A stretch of DNA of 64,000 bases from Gekko japonicus (taxonomy: Eukaryota). A program made the translations under genes and the position numbers. Below, in pieces: positions 35,201 to 47,440 of this stretch (the first letter of the stretch is position 1; each line of letters opens with the position of its first letter). The notes under the pieces are model-generated. The model searched no databases and was not told where the DNA came from. It was given only the letters and a program-made list of their open reading frames with translations. The DNA lies in the NCBI RefSeq assembly GCF_001447785.1, contig NW_015177030.1:613082-677081 (forward strand), written 5' to 3'.

Positions 35201-35566
35201 GTTGTGGGTGATGGGCCGGCAGAGTGCTAAAGAGCTTCCTTTTCCCGTTGCTGCCGCCCGCACAGGTCATGCTGGGCGGAGCCAGAATGCCTCCACTCTT
35301 CCTCAGTGCATGAAGGCCGGCGTTTCCCTTGAGAAGAGCCCCTGGTCAGGCGGTGCTCTGGTGCTTCCTGGCCGGTTTAAGCCCCCGTGCTCAGCCTCCG
35401 GTTGGGCTTCTGAGCGGGCTGGCCAGCCGCATCCCTTTCCTGGGTCGAGTCCGACTCTTCGCGACCCCATGGGGCAGTTCATGGCAAACGATGGCTTCTC
35501 GAAGTCGGTATTGTGCTAAGCCACGGTTAGCTCTCCCGAGCCCCAGTTTTGGTGTGACTTCTGGTT

Positions 35567-35958
35567 AGTTGTTGTTGTTCAGTCGCACAGTCGAGTCCGA
35601 CTCTTCGCGACCCCATGGACAAGATCTCGCCAGGCCCTCCTGTTTTCCGCCGTCCTCTGAAGTTGGCTCAATTTCATGTTCGTTGCATCGATGACACTGT
35701 CTACCCATCTCATCCTTTGCCGTCCCCATCTTCTTTGACCTTCAATCTTTCCCAGCATCAGGGTCTTCTTCTCCAGTGAGTGCTCCCTTCTCATTGGGTG
35801 GCCAAAGTATTTGAGCTTCAGTTTCATTATCTGGCCTTCCAGGGAACAGTCAGGGTTGATTTCTTTTAGGATTGACTGATTGGATCTTCTTGCAGTCCAA
35901 GGGACTCTCAAGAGTCTTCTCCAGCACCATGGTTCAAAAGAATCTATTCTTCAGCGCT
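35567..35958 (-). mobile_element. BovB (RTE) LINE 3' end
   Basis: RVPWTARRSNQSILKEINPDCSLEGQIMKLKLKYFGH...RRAWRDLVHGVAKSRTRL; (CAA)n tail. Confidence 0.9.
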
Positions 35959-36024
35959 AGTTAGACCGCTATGTAAAATAAAGTTGACCAATTAGATCGC
36001 ACTTTTTCTCTGTCTCTCTGTGCA

Positions 36025-36056
<32 letters not shown>

Positions 36057-37304
36057 CATGCATACATGCATACATATAAAATAGTTTTGAGGTGGAAAAT
36101 GTTTCTTGGAAAGCTGGAGCGTTTTGTCAAGGTTCTGGATTAGGTGCTTATGGGCTCAGCTAGTGGCGAAAACCCCAGCTTCCCCCCACACACACACAAT
36201 GGTCTCCCTGCCGAAATCTTTGCCTGCCCTCTCCCTCCCTTTCTCTTTGGGCTGCAGAGCGTGGCCCTGTCCTCAGAGCGGCTTGTCAGCCTGGGGCTGT
36301 CATCGCCCGAAGCACGGAAGGTTCTGCCCGAGCCCCGCCAGACGTTCCCGTGGGCGTGGGCGCCGTCTTGGACTCCAAGCTGCCAGCTTCCCTAGCAGGC
36401 AAGGCCCGGCTGGCTCATGCAGACGCCGCTTTCTGGAGGTGACTCTTATGGGGAAAGGCTGACAGGGAGCAGAGCAGTGGGAGAGAGAGAGAGAGTTCAG
36501 CCCCTCTTGCTCAGCCCTGTGTTAGGCAGCAACACTCCAGCGCCAGGGGTTGGCTTGGAGTTCAGCACTGTGAGTTAAACCTCATGGCTCCTCTCTTGCC
36601 CACCCCCGTGGGAAGTGATGGGCCTGCTTTCCTAACAGTTCGCCCTTTCCGGAGACCTGCATTTGCACACTTGATGCTGAATGCACCCTTGATCCTCTCC
36701 GGATTTCTTGAATTTTGTTAACCTGGCCTAGAACAGAAAGCGGGAGGCAGCTGTTTCAAAACCGGCTGGTATAGATTCAGGGGCCAGTGTTGGGAATGTC
36801 CTTGCCTCGGGCCGGATGGCCGCTTGGTCTTTTCCACTGCTGGCTGCCCTTGAGGAGTCGATGCTGCTTCTGTCGGAATGCTGCCTCCAAGGGCGCCGTC
36901 TCCATCCCTTTGGCACTTGGAACACTTTCCACGTGAGGAGCGCCTGACTGACCGAGGAATGGCTCTCCGTGGCTGGCCGGTGGTACTGCAGAGTCGCTGG
37001 AAGAAGTGGCTGCCTTTGGTCGTGGGGCACTCCGTGCAAAGTGCAAGAAACCCCCCTGCGTGAGCTGTCAGTTGCTCTGGTGGAGGACCCTCGAAGGAAC
37101 GTCTTGAGCTAGCCCATGAGGCCTGGGGAAACTTGGGAGAAGGGGGGCTGTGCTCCTCCTCTCCTCTCCCTTTTAAAAGCAGGCCTGATATGGAAGCATG
37201 CTGCTCTGCTCTCCGGATCTCCTTGGGAGACTTTCCATTCCTTTTTTTAGGCTGCTTAGCCGATTCAAAGCCTAGTAGTTCGGGGGAGGGGGAAGTATGT
37301 GTAC

Positions 37305-37525
37305 ATGTGGAGCTGCCTTCGGCTGAATCAGCCCCTCAGGGTCCATCAAGGCCAGTGTTGTCTACTCAGACTGGCAGCAGCTCTCCAGGGTCTCAGGTAG
37401 AAGTCTTTCATATCACCAACCACCTGGTCCTTTTTAGCGGAAGGTGCTGCCCCGGGGTTGAACCTGGGACCACCGTCAAGTATGCTGAGCAGAGGGTCTG
37501 CCCTCGATCCACAGAACCACGCCAT
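37305..37525 (-). mobile_element. tRNA-derived SINE with CR1-like tail (same family as 25478)
   Basis: GGTCCATCAAGGCCAGT..TCTACTCAGAC.GGCAGC.GCTCTCCAGGG shared with ~25510-25560. Confidence 0.6.
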
Positions 37526-37674
37526 GGAGAGGACACTGTAGGCTGAGCTGCAGTCAAGTGCTGGCCGCTGTTGATTGCTTTCTACCGCAGGAGGTCGTGC
37601 CCTCGACTCCTCACCGTTTCCTGATGGGCCATCTGAGGACCGCCTGGCTAAGGATCCACAGATACTTAGCGTCT

Positions 37675-38617
37675 GTCAAGGATGGGCGAGTGGGTGGCAG
37701 CATGGCAAATGGGGCCCAATGTGGCCAAGTGCAAAGTGATGCACATTGGAGCCAAAAATCCTAACTATAAATACACATTGATGGGGTCCGAACTGGCAGA
37801 GACTGACCAAAAGAGAGATCTTCGCATCGTAGTAGATAACTCACTGAAAATGTCGAGACAGTGTGCGACTGCAATAAAAAAGGCCAACGCTATGCTGGGG
37901 ATTATTAGGAAGGGAACTGAAAACAAATCAGTCGGTATCATAATGCCCCTATATAAATCAATGGTGCAACCTCATTTAGAGTACTGTGTACAGTTCTGGT
38001 CACCACACCTCAAAAAGGATATTATAGCATTGGGGAAAGTGCAGAAAAGGGCAACTAGAATGATCAAAGGGTTGGAACACTTTCCCTATGAAGAAAGGTT
38101 AAAGCGCTTGGGGCTCTTCGGCTTGGAGAAACAACGGCTGAGGGATGACATGATAGAGGTTTATAAGATGTGTGGGGTAGAGCAGGTAGAGAAAGAGGTA
38201 CCTTTCTCCCTTTCTCACCATACAAGAACTCGTGGGCACTCCATGAAATTGCTGAGCGGTCGGGTTAGAACGGATAAAAGGAAGTACTTCTTCATCCAAA
38301 GAATGATTAACACATGGAATTCACTGCCACATGAGGTGGTGACGGCTTCAAGAGGGAATTAGTTAAGCATATGGAGCTGAGGTCCCTCAGTGGCTATGAG
38401 CCACAAGGTATAGATAGGAATTCTGGTGCAAGGGATGCTCTGTATTCTTGGTGCTTGGGGGGGCAACATTGGGAGGGCTTCTGGTGTCATCTGGCTCCAC
38501 TGCTGGACCTCCTGAGGGCCCCTGGTATTTTTGGCCACTGTGTGAGACAGAGTGTTGGACTGGATGGGCCACTGGCCTGATCCAACATTGGCTTCTTTGA
38601 TGTTCTTATGTTCTCTT
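37675..38617 (+). mobile_element. CR1 LINE 3' end (same subfamily as 14540-16865)
   Basis: 226-aa ORF2 C-terminus KCKVMHIGAKNPNYKY...RTRGHSMKL; tail TGTTCTTATGTTCT. Confidence 0.95.
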
Positions 38618-39779
38618 ATCTGCCTTGGCTTGCAACACAGCAGCAGCCTCTGTGCCAAGGTGGGTCACGGGTGGCACAGCCGCAGCCTGGCGTAAAGTCA
38701 AAGTGCTCTCCTTGGCACCAGCTGTGGACTAGGAGCCAGCCTTAAAGGTTTTTAAGTTCACCGCTGAAGTCTTAGGTCTTAACCTGGGGGGCTTGTGTAG
38801 TTGAGCAGAACACCTTGGGGGTTCCCTTCCTTGAGACGCGGCTGGTCACTGGAGTAGAAGAACAGGTTGCTAAAAACGCCACTCGCTCTGGGATGTGGAA
38901 GTGGATTTGGTGGAGAGGGGAGGCAAGCCGCATCCAGTCTTTGCGCGCGCCTGTGCCTGTTCCGTTTGTTGTCGGATCCTGCCGTGAGTGATCACTCCAG
39001 AAGGTTGTTTGCGCTGCAGAGTGATCTGCTAAGCTGCCTGGGGCAGCCGTGGGGGGGAAATGAGCATTGCTGTTTTTGATGTATATTTATTTTGTATTGT
39101 TCTCTGCCCAAGACGCCTTGTGTGAAGCTTGTCGCCTTTCCAAAGCTGCTGCTGAGGAAGGAGATAACAGGAGGTTTGTTTTCCCGCATTGCTGCAGCTT
39201 TTGCCTGGGTGGGATGCTGCCTCCCAGGGCAGCCGAGCCCCATGCCCGAGTGAGCGCCCTGACCAGTCCGGGAGCCTTATGGGATGCCTCGTGTGGGCCT
39301 GGGCTGGGTGGCAGCGAGTCAGAGTCCTCGCTCTCACGGAGGAGTGACTCTTGTGGTGTCCTGGTGATGGGGGGCACAGCCCCCTGTTTGTTTCTAGGGA
39401 TTAATTGAGTCATGCGAGTAATAAAACCAGGGGATGGATGTCATGGCAGTGTTAATCAGGCATGGCCATTTCAGAGCTGTAACCCGTGCTTTTGAGGTGC
39501 CTGTCCTTTCTGTGAGAGAGAAGCACGCCTCGCCTCCGTTTCACTGGCCTGTCCATAGGAGAGGAGGAGGGTAAAAGTGGCAGCCGGCAGGTGCAGAAGG
39601 GCCCTCACGTCTCAGCCGATGTGCGGCCGCCCGTGGGGTTTTCGAGGCAAGAGGTGTTCCGAGCCGACCTGCCACCGCCTGCTTCTGCGTGGCCACCCAG
39701 GGCTGGTCTCCCGTGGTCTCCCATCCAACTGCCAGACTGCCTTTGAACTTGGAGGTTCCACTGAATCGCTGACAGGCTT

Positions 39780-39952
39780 TGTTGTTGTTCAGTCGCACAG
39801 TCGAGTCAGACTCTTTGTGACCCCATGGACCAGATCACGCCAGGCCCTCCTGTCTTCCGCCGTCCTCTGAAGTTGGCTCAACTTCATGTTCGTTGCATCG
39901 ATGACACTGTCTAACCATCTCGTCCTTTGCCGTCCCCGTCTTCTTTGACCTT
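39780..39952 (-). mobile_element. Short BovB 3' end with 10-bp TSD TGACAGGCTT
   Basis: TSD at 39770-39779 and 39953-39962; near-identical to ~35570-35740. Confidence 0.88.
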
Positions 39953-41266
39953 TGACAGGCTTATCCTCCACAAATCTGTCTATAATCTTGTAAATTCATC
40001 TGTCAGCTGGTGGAGTACTTTGCCTCTCGTGGAAGTGGGTTCCATTAGTTAGTTACGCCTTGATGGGGCTTGGCTTTGCTTTCATTTGGTGCCGCTTCAG
40101 CTGGAATTTCTCGACTCTTGGGTGAAGGAGGGTTGTGAGCGGCGATGTTGCCATTGACAAGGGGCAGGGGGCACTGGTGCCCGCTAAGCCCTGCTCATTT
40201 ACTGAGTCTTCTGTGGTTCTTGGCGCTTCCACTGCAGGTCTTCCAGGCCCTCCTGGGCACGCAGGAAGCCGTGGCTATCCGCTGTGGCCTCTGTGGCTCC
40301 CAGGTTCTCCTCCAAGGATGTTTCCCGTTGCTTGAGCTCGGAGAAGATCAGGGCTGTGAACTCGGTTTGGTAGAAGAGAAAACTTTATCTCCTTGCCCCT
40401 TCCCTAGAAAGCGGTGTGGACTCCTAGTGCTGCTGCGGGTTCTTGGTGGCTTCTGTTGACTTCAGCCCTTTGAGTGCAGAAACTGGCCAGAGCTTGAAGG
40501 AAGCCGGCTGGGCTGGAGGTGGCCACCGTCCCCGGGGAGCTGTGCAAGCCGGCCTTTGGGGATTGTGTGCCTGGACCCGGAGGGGTGACCCCGAGGCTGA
40601 TCCCTGTGGCTGGCTCAAAATGCCTGTGGGTTCTTGTGACCAAGGACGGGCCGTAACCCGAGGAGGGCGTGGATGGCCGGGCCCCAGCAGTCCTTGTCTG
40701 AGGGCCCGGCTGACGGCAAAGGGAAGGCGGCTCCCCCCCCCATGCGTGCGCCAAGCCTCCGTGCTCCTTTGGGCTTCTGTGTGCCACTTCTGCAGACCAG
40801 GGGCCCTGGAGAAGCCTGGTCCACAGGGCTCTCTTTCTGGTCAGAGAAGTGCCCCTGCGGTTCAAGAGGGGCTCCAAACCAGCCCGGGGGGGCTCCCTTT
40901 CCCTCCCCCCCTGTGCTGCTTGCCCTTGAGCTCCCCCCTTCAGTCCTGCTGCCAGACCACTCGATGGGGGCAGCAGCAGGAAGCCTCCCTGCTTCTGCTC
41001 GGCAGCCTGTCTCATGCCAGGCGGGGGGTGGCCAGCGCAGGTGCCCCAGGCAGCCCTTTGGGGGTCAGGTTGGCTTCCCTGTGGCTACAGGAGGTGGAGA
41101 TGCTGGGCGGCAGCGATAGCAGCCTTTGTGGAGCTCCTTTCTGTCTCTCCAGATTGCCTGCCCTATGGTAGGGGAAAAGGGGCGAGGGACCCAGCCAGCC
41201 CCCTTCCCATATGCCGAGAAGGGGGCCTGGAACACACCCACACCTCGAGAAGGTCTCTGCCCTCCT

Positions 41267-41540
41267 GAGAGCCAGTCTGGTGTCGTGGTTAAGTGCGCAG
41301 AGGACTCTCATCTGGGAGAACCGGGTTTGATTCCCCCACTCCTCCACTTGCACCTGGCTGGATGACCTTGGGCAAGCCGTAGTTCTGACAAGAGCTGTCC
41401 TTGCAAAAGAGCAGTCTCTGTCAGAGCTCTCTCAGCCCCACCCGCCTCGCGGGGTGTCTGTGGTGGGGAGGGAGAGGAGTTTGTGAGCCACTCTGAGGGG
41501 GAGGGCCATGGTGTATGAATCCAGTCTCCTCCTCTTCCTC
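41267..41540 (+). mobile_element. Squam3-like SINE, full length
   Basis: tRNA head GAGAGCCAG..TGGTGT.GTGGTTAAGTG..GGTTTGATTCCCC, body and tail. Confidence 0.8.
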
Positions 41541-42769
41541 GCCCTCAGAGCAACCTGCTGGGGTGGCAGGGGGAGCCAAGGCACCGGGAACTGGCCGCCT
41601 TCCTCAGGCGGTGCCTAGGAGGAGGATCCTCCAGCTCTTGTCCTACTTTGGATCGGGGCCTGGTTGCTTTGGGGTGAAGGGGGGGGTAAGGGCTTGGGGC
41701 CGGAGTCTGGGGCCGGTGCTGATCTCTTAGGGCCAGCCCTGGCCAGGCCCCCGCTGATGGGGCAGACACTGACAGCCCTCTGCTAAATTTGGGCTCCAGG
41801 GGGGGCTCTGAGTGAGTCCCGCTCTTCCCTTCCTGCGCTGAGCCCTGCCCGAAGGCACCCCTGTTGCCCGCGTGGGAAGGTGAGCTGTGGTTGGGGCTCC
41901 TGCACGTGTTCCTGTGTGGCCTTCTCCTCCCCCTCTCCTCCAGTGCGCTCTAGCCAGGCTGGCGTGCCGTGGCAGCCACGCGTCGTCCTTAAAGCCACTG
42001 GACCCCAGCATTGTGTCTGACAGCGGTATAGAACTGTGGGCCTCGGAGGTGGTTTCCCCTGCTCTTGGTCCTCCCTCTTCCCCCTCTGGGCTGCCGGTTT
42101 GGGGGTGGGGGATCTTTCCTGGTGGCTGGCCTGTTTCCCCGGGCTGCCTGCGCCTTGGCACCGCTTTCCCTTGGGGAGGGCCGGTGTGCAGCCTGGCCAG
42201 GAAGCCAAACCGGTTTGGTGGCTTCCTCAGTGGGCACGCGCCACTCCTCTTCGAGACGCGAGGGGATGAGAATGCTTGGAGTGGGAGGATCGGTCACGGG
42301 CCAGGAGAGGAGAGGAAGGCAGCTGCAGGCTCCTATGCTCCTCTCCACTTTATCCACACAGCAACCCTGTGAGGTAGATAAGGCTAAGAGGGTGTGGCTG
42401 GCCCAAGATCACCCAAGGAGCTTCCGTGGCGGGGGGGGGGTTTCCAATCCAGAGTCCCTCCGATCCTCCTCTGACGCCCACCCTGGATCCCTGGCCTGTA
42501 ATGGCCGGGCAGCCTCCCAGGGGCCGGCAGCAGCCCCCGCATGACCCCCCTCTTCTCCCAGCCTGCTCCGTTAGGGACAGAACGATGATGGCCTTTTAAG
42601 TACCGCGAAGGTGTGGCAGGAAAGGTTCCCGGGGGGGGGGGCGCCCTGCTTTTTGGGGCGCGTGCGAGGCTGTATGGTCACCGAGGCCATTTTGTGGAAG
42701 GGGATGCAGCTGCTGGAGGGCTTCATCTTAACGCGTGTTTGTGGAGGCTTGTGTGGTGTGGCGATTTAG

Positions 42770-43127
42770 GCTCCAGCCCGATCTCACCAGATCTCGGGAG
42801 CTGAGGGGGGGGGTCCAGGGTGAATCGCCGGAGGGGGAGGACGAGACCACCGAGGAGGTCCAGGGTTGCTGCGACACAAAGGCAGGCAAGGGCAGACCCC
42901 CCCCTCTCTTGGCCTCCACCCTGACCTGGACGGCCCACTCCGGCCTGACCTCACCGGGTATCAGAAGCTAAGCCGGGTCGGTTCCAGCCAGTGCATAGGT
43001 GGGGAGGACGCCAAGGGCATCCGGGGTTACTGCGCAAAGGCAGGCAAGGGCACACCACCTCTGGGCGTCTCTTGCCTTGAAAACCCTCCAGGGTGGCCCT
43101 AAGGCAGCAGCGGTTGGCTGGCACATT
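42770..43127 (+). mobile_element. Two tandem 5S rRNA-derived SINEs (5S-Sauria-like)
   Basis: 5S-like GCCCGATCTC..GATCTCGG.AGCT / CAGAAGCTAAGC.GGGTCGG followed by CCACCTCTG..TCTCTTGCCTTGAAAACCCT tail. Confidence 0.65.
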
Positions 43128-44784
43128 CTGCCGTCACCAATTTATGGTATTATTGCCCCATGGTTACCGTTGGAGAAGCTGAGGCTTCTGTTTGGACTGC
43201 TGCCTTAACGTTGACGCTGCCCTCTTAAGCGTTGGGCAGGTTCTTGCAGCCCCCTGGCGTGGAGCGGATGCCTGAGGACCAGGTGCCAGTCTGCGAGAGC
43301 AGGGGCTGTGGCCGAGGGGGGCGAGCCTGCCTGACTTCCGCGCCGGAGCGTGGCCATGGGCTGCGGGGCCAGGCTGCACGGCTGCCCTGCGGAAGCCGCC
43401 CTCTCGGAGGTCAGCCCGTTGCTTCTGCTGTGGGGAAGGGATGGAAGCGGCAATAGGAAATCCTTTATTGGCCAGGGCCAGAACGGGGCTGGCGCGGATT
43501 CTGTGAGGGCCTCCCCCTGCCACGTGGGCAGAGCTGGCCAGGTGTGGACCTTCTTGCACTGTGGAGGGTGGGGTTGTGGCTGGGGGGGGCTGGGGGCCCA
43601 GGGTGAACACAAAGCACCTTTGGAGCAGAGTCTGAGCAGGCAGTGCGCCAGACTCACTGGCCGTGGTGCAGCCTCTGCCTCCAACCGGCCCTCTCCCTTC
43701 CCACTGACCGATGGCCACCTCCCCCCTGCAGCTGGCCACCTGGCTTCTTGGCGGAGAGCTCCCTTGGCCTTCATCTCCCTGTGGCCCTCCGTTGGAGCCA
43801 AGGGGCGGAGCGGGGCGGGCCCTTGCCAAGGCAAACCGGCCGATCGGCGGAGAACGAGCAATCCTTTCTGGCCTAATCGGATTAGGTGGGCATGGGGGGG
43901 GGGGCCCTAGGGTGAAACTTGAGACCCAAATCTCCGTCCCAGAAACCTGCCCGTGTGCACTCTGTCCGTCGTTTCCGTGCCACTGAAGGCGGGCGAGTGA
44001 GTGTGAGAAGGGAAGGCTGGGCAGGGCCTTCTTGCCGAAGGAGCCGGCTGCCTCTCTAGGGATGAAGGGCTGGGGGGCTCAGCCTTTCACTTTTGGGGTT
44101 CAGGAGGGATGACGACATTTTTTTCAAGGGCTTAAACATTTCTGGGAGTTTTGCATCTCTGTTCAGAGGGTGTTAGGAAGCTGCAAAGGTGTGCCTTGCT
44201 GTGCCCGAGTGCCAGGGCGCAGTGTGCCGTGTTGGTTCCCAGATGTGGCTGAAGGAGCATAGTGGGGGGGGCAGCTGCCTGGCCTTTGGGGAGCCCCTCC
44301 CCCCTTGAACCAGCTGCAGCGTCTGGGTTGTCTTCTAGGACAGCCAAGGGCAGAGCGTGCTACAGGAATCCAGCCCGTGAGGCGACAGACGTGGTCAGAT
44401 TGGAGGAGATCGAGCGAGGGCTGGAGCGTTGGCAAACCAGGCGTGGCTGGGCGGGAGGCGCTCTTGGCCCCTGTGCCAGCCTGCTTTTCAGGCACTACAG
44501 CCGGGATTGTGAGCACCCCCCAAGCTCTCCGCCTGCTCTGCAAAAGCCGTTTGGGACATGCTGTCTGCTTTCCCCCTCTAGTTAGTTTAAAATTGGCTGA
44601 GAACCGAGAGGGTCTGGTGCCGACAGAAACTCACACACACACACACCCCCGCCCCCCCACCACCTTTGCCTGGGGGGGGGGGGGGGGGGATCTTCCACTG
44701 GCAAAAGGGATGATTATGTTCTTCTGCTCCCTCTGGTAGCAGAGACCCTGGAGAGCCACCGCCAGTCTGAGTGTACAAGACTGA

Positions 44785-46035
44785 CCTTTTTCTTTTAATT
44801 ATCAAATTTTTATTAGAAGATTTCAAGCAATAACAGCGATTAATAGCCAACAAAATACCAAAAATAAATAGTAACAATACACTGAAGAGCTATAATAAGC
44901 ATAAACAAGCGCCTAGACTGACCTTGGTGGGCCTAGGGGGCCTGATTGAGTATAAAGAATACACCGGAAGGATTGCAGTGTGGATACAGACGCAGCACTG
45001 ACACATACACCGTAATAAAACACAAAATTATTTTAACATAAGTTATGTTAGCCCACCAAAATAAGCAATCTGTCAAGGGACTTTGCCAGTTTAGCCAAAG
45101 GGTGGAAATTGAGACTAGGCTTTTGTTTCCGAGCTCAGTCGATGGCTCTAAACCTGTTTCTCCCTTTCCTGGGACTTATTCTAGGATCATAATTGCCCCA
45201 TTCTTCCAAAATAGCGTGTGCTATTAAAAAAGAACACACATCCTTTCATGACAGGTACTAAAAGTAATCCTAGAGTAATTTAAAGTAGGAACCCAGGGAG
45301 GTAGTCAGAGCCAAATGCTTCCTCCAGCAGCCCCACATATTTGAGTTGGAGCTAAAGGGAAGGGGGGTGATGTGGATGTCTGCGGGGTTTTGTTTGACAA
45401 ACCATATTTTCTAGGGAATCCGTCTGTTCCTTCCTTGTGTCCAGCTATACGAGTTCTTTGGGGTTCTGTATTGTTGGAATATGATGCTGTTTTTAACTGT
45501 ATGATTTCCCAGTATAACTGGAAGCAGGGAGCTCCCAGTCGTCCTGTACTGTGAGGCCTGTAGAGAATGGGAGGTTTTAATCTGACTTTTCCAAGCAACT
45601 TTTCCAATCATTACTCATTCTCCAAGCTGATACTGACTAAAATAAAAATAGGGGGTTTTAGGAGTTGGAGGATTTTAGCTGTTGTGATTCTACTGAACCA
45701 AGAGAGGTTGAGGATTTCTGCTGCTCTACAGCCATCTTAATTTTGTCATTCATTTCAGGTTTGTTTTTTAAAATCATTTGTTGTGATTTGGATCCTCCAG
45801 TATTTCCAGGATGAAGTAATCCAATTATGGCCGTCTTTTGATCCAGAGCTCTCTGGCTGGACTAGCTGTGTTAATTGGTATGAGTTCAGATTTTTTTGTA
45901 GTTTTATTTTAAAGTCTAAAACCTTATAGTAGCATTTCTGTTCCTTTTTGACTTTGGGGAAGAGCACGTTCTAGGAAACAGGTGTAAAAGTGCTGTGTCA
46001 TCGAAGAGGCTGGCTTATATGGTCATAATTCCAAA
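44785..46035 (-). mobile_element. Old L1-like LINE fragments (AT-rich)
   Basis: Sharp shift to AT-rich sequence; broken minus-strand frames (LYWEIIQLKT, FKIKLQKNLNSYQLTQL); T-rich tail near 44787. Confidence 0.45.
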
Positions 46036-47014
46036 AATATTAGGGTTGTTCCTGATCGCCAATGGCTGCTGTGACATAAAGGATGGGAAGGGGCGGAGGG
46101 GGGCATGTTTCCCGCTGACCTTTATCCCTCTGCCATTATGTGAGTTGCCCAGTGGCAAGATAAAGCACTGACTGACCAGAGAAACTCTGGTCTGAATGTT
46201 ATAGTCTGTAAGTTCTTAACTATCTTATGAGTGTGGCCTTTGCAAACATTATTAAAAACATTATTTGCTTGCTGCGGTGACCCTGTGGTGGGACTGGGGA
46301 GGCACTATGTGTGATCAAACAGTTCTGAGAGACTGGATGCGGCAGTGTGTCCCTGTCTTGCTTGGCTGTCTCATTTGTTGTGCACAGTTCAGTGGGAAGC
46401 CCCATCGACCTGTGTAGGAGCCATCCAGGAGCGTGATGGGTGGGGCTGAGACACCTTCCCTGCTGGCTGAAGGGGAGTCCCTGCCTTCGCTGGTATCTGA
46501 CGAAGTGAGCGCTGATGCTCCACAGCCTCCGGCATGCCATGGCCTGTTTCTATCCTGCATTCCTGATCAGCTGGGGCGGCTGGCGGGACTGGGAGGGGCA
46601 GGGGACAGGTCTTCCTTCCCCAGAGGCGTTCTGGTCCACGGGAGGAACTCTGATGCGTTCTTCTGGGTCTCACCCCCTGTGGCTTAGCTGTTTGGGTAGG
46701 TGCCAGGGGTTGCCCTGGGCCACGCATTCCCGGGTGTCTGTCTCTGCAGGGTTCTGTGTGCTCTCCTGATGAGATCATTGCAGTCGACGTGGGAGATGCG
46801 GCAGCCAAACCGAATGCGCCGCCCTGTGAGGAAGGGAGCAGCGGCTCTTGGGCGGAGGCCTCTCTGCCGGTGACACTGGAGTTGCAGGAAGGGGCCGGGG
46901 GTTTGTCCCAGAGCCAGGACAGCATTTCTCTCAGCCTCTCGGGAGGTGGGTGTGCCATGCCTGGAGCTCGGTCCGTGGCCCGCGCAGTGTCCCGAGGAAA
47001 TGAACACCACTGAT

Positions 47015-47297
47015 GAAGAAGAAGAAGAAGAGATTGGATTTATACCCTGCCCTTCACTTGGAGTCTCAGAGCGGCTTACAAACTCCTTTCCCTCCCCTTC
47101 CCCACAACAGACACCCTGCGAGGTAGGCGGGCTGAGGGAACGCTGACACAAAGTGCTCTTTTTCAAGGACAGCTGTGCCAGAGCTTGTGACTGACCCAAG
47201 GTCACATCAGCAGGTCCAAGTGGAGGAGTGGGGAATCAAACCCGGTTCTCCCAGATTAGAGTCCGCCACACTTAACCACTAGACCAAACTGGCTCTC
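47015..47297 (-). mobile_element. Squam3-like SINE, full length, young
   Basis: (GAA)n tail on +; head CTTAACCACTA.ACCAAACTGGCTCTC. Confidence 0.85.
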
Positions 47298-47302
47298 AAT
47301 GA

Positions 47303-47440
47303 ACAATACTCCCTCCAAGCTGTGGAGTCCCGTGAGCAAAAATTCTACTTTGTGAGCTCCTGGCAATAGAGCTGTGAGCAAGCCATTTGGCTAAAAAACT
47401 GTGAGCTGACTCACACTAACTCAGTTTAGAGGGAACACTG
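47303..47440 (-). mobile_element. Internally deleted hAT-type MITE
   Basis: TIR ..TTAGAGGGAACACTG; body matches the 48642 copy. Confidence 0.7.
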
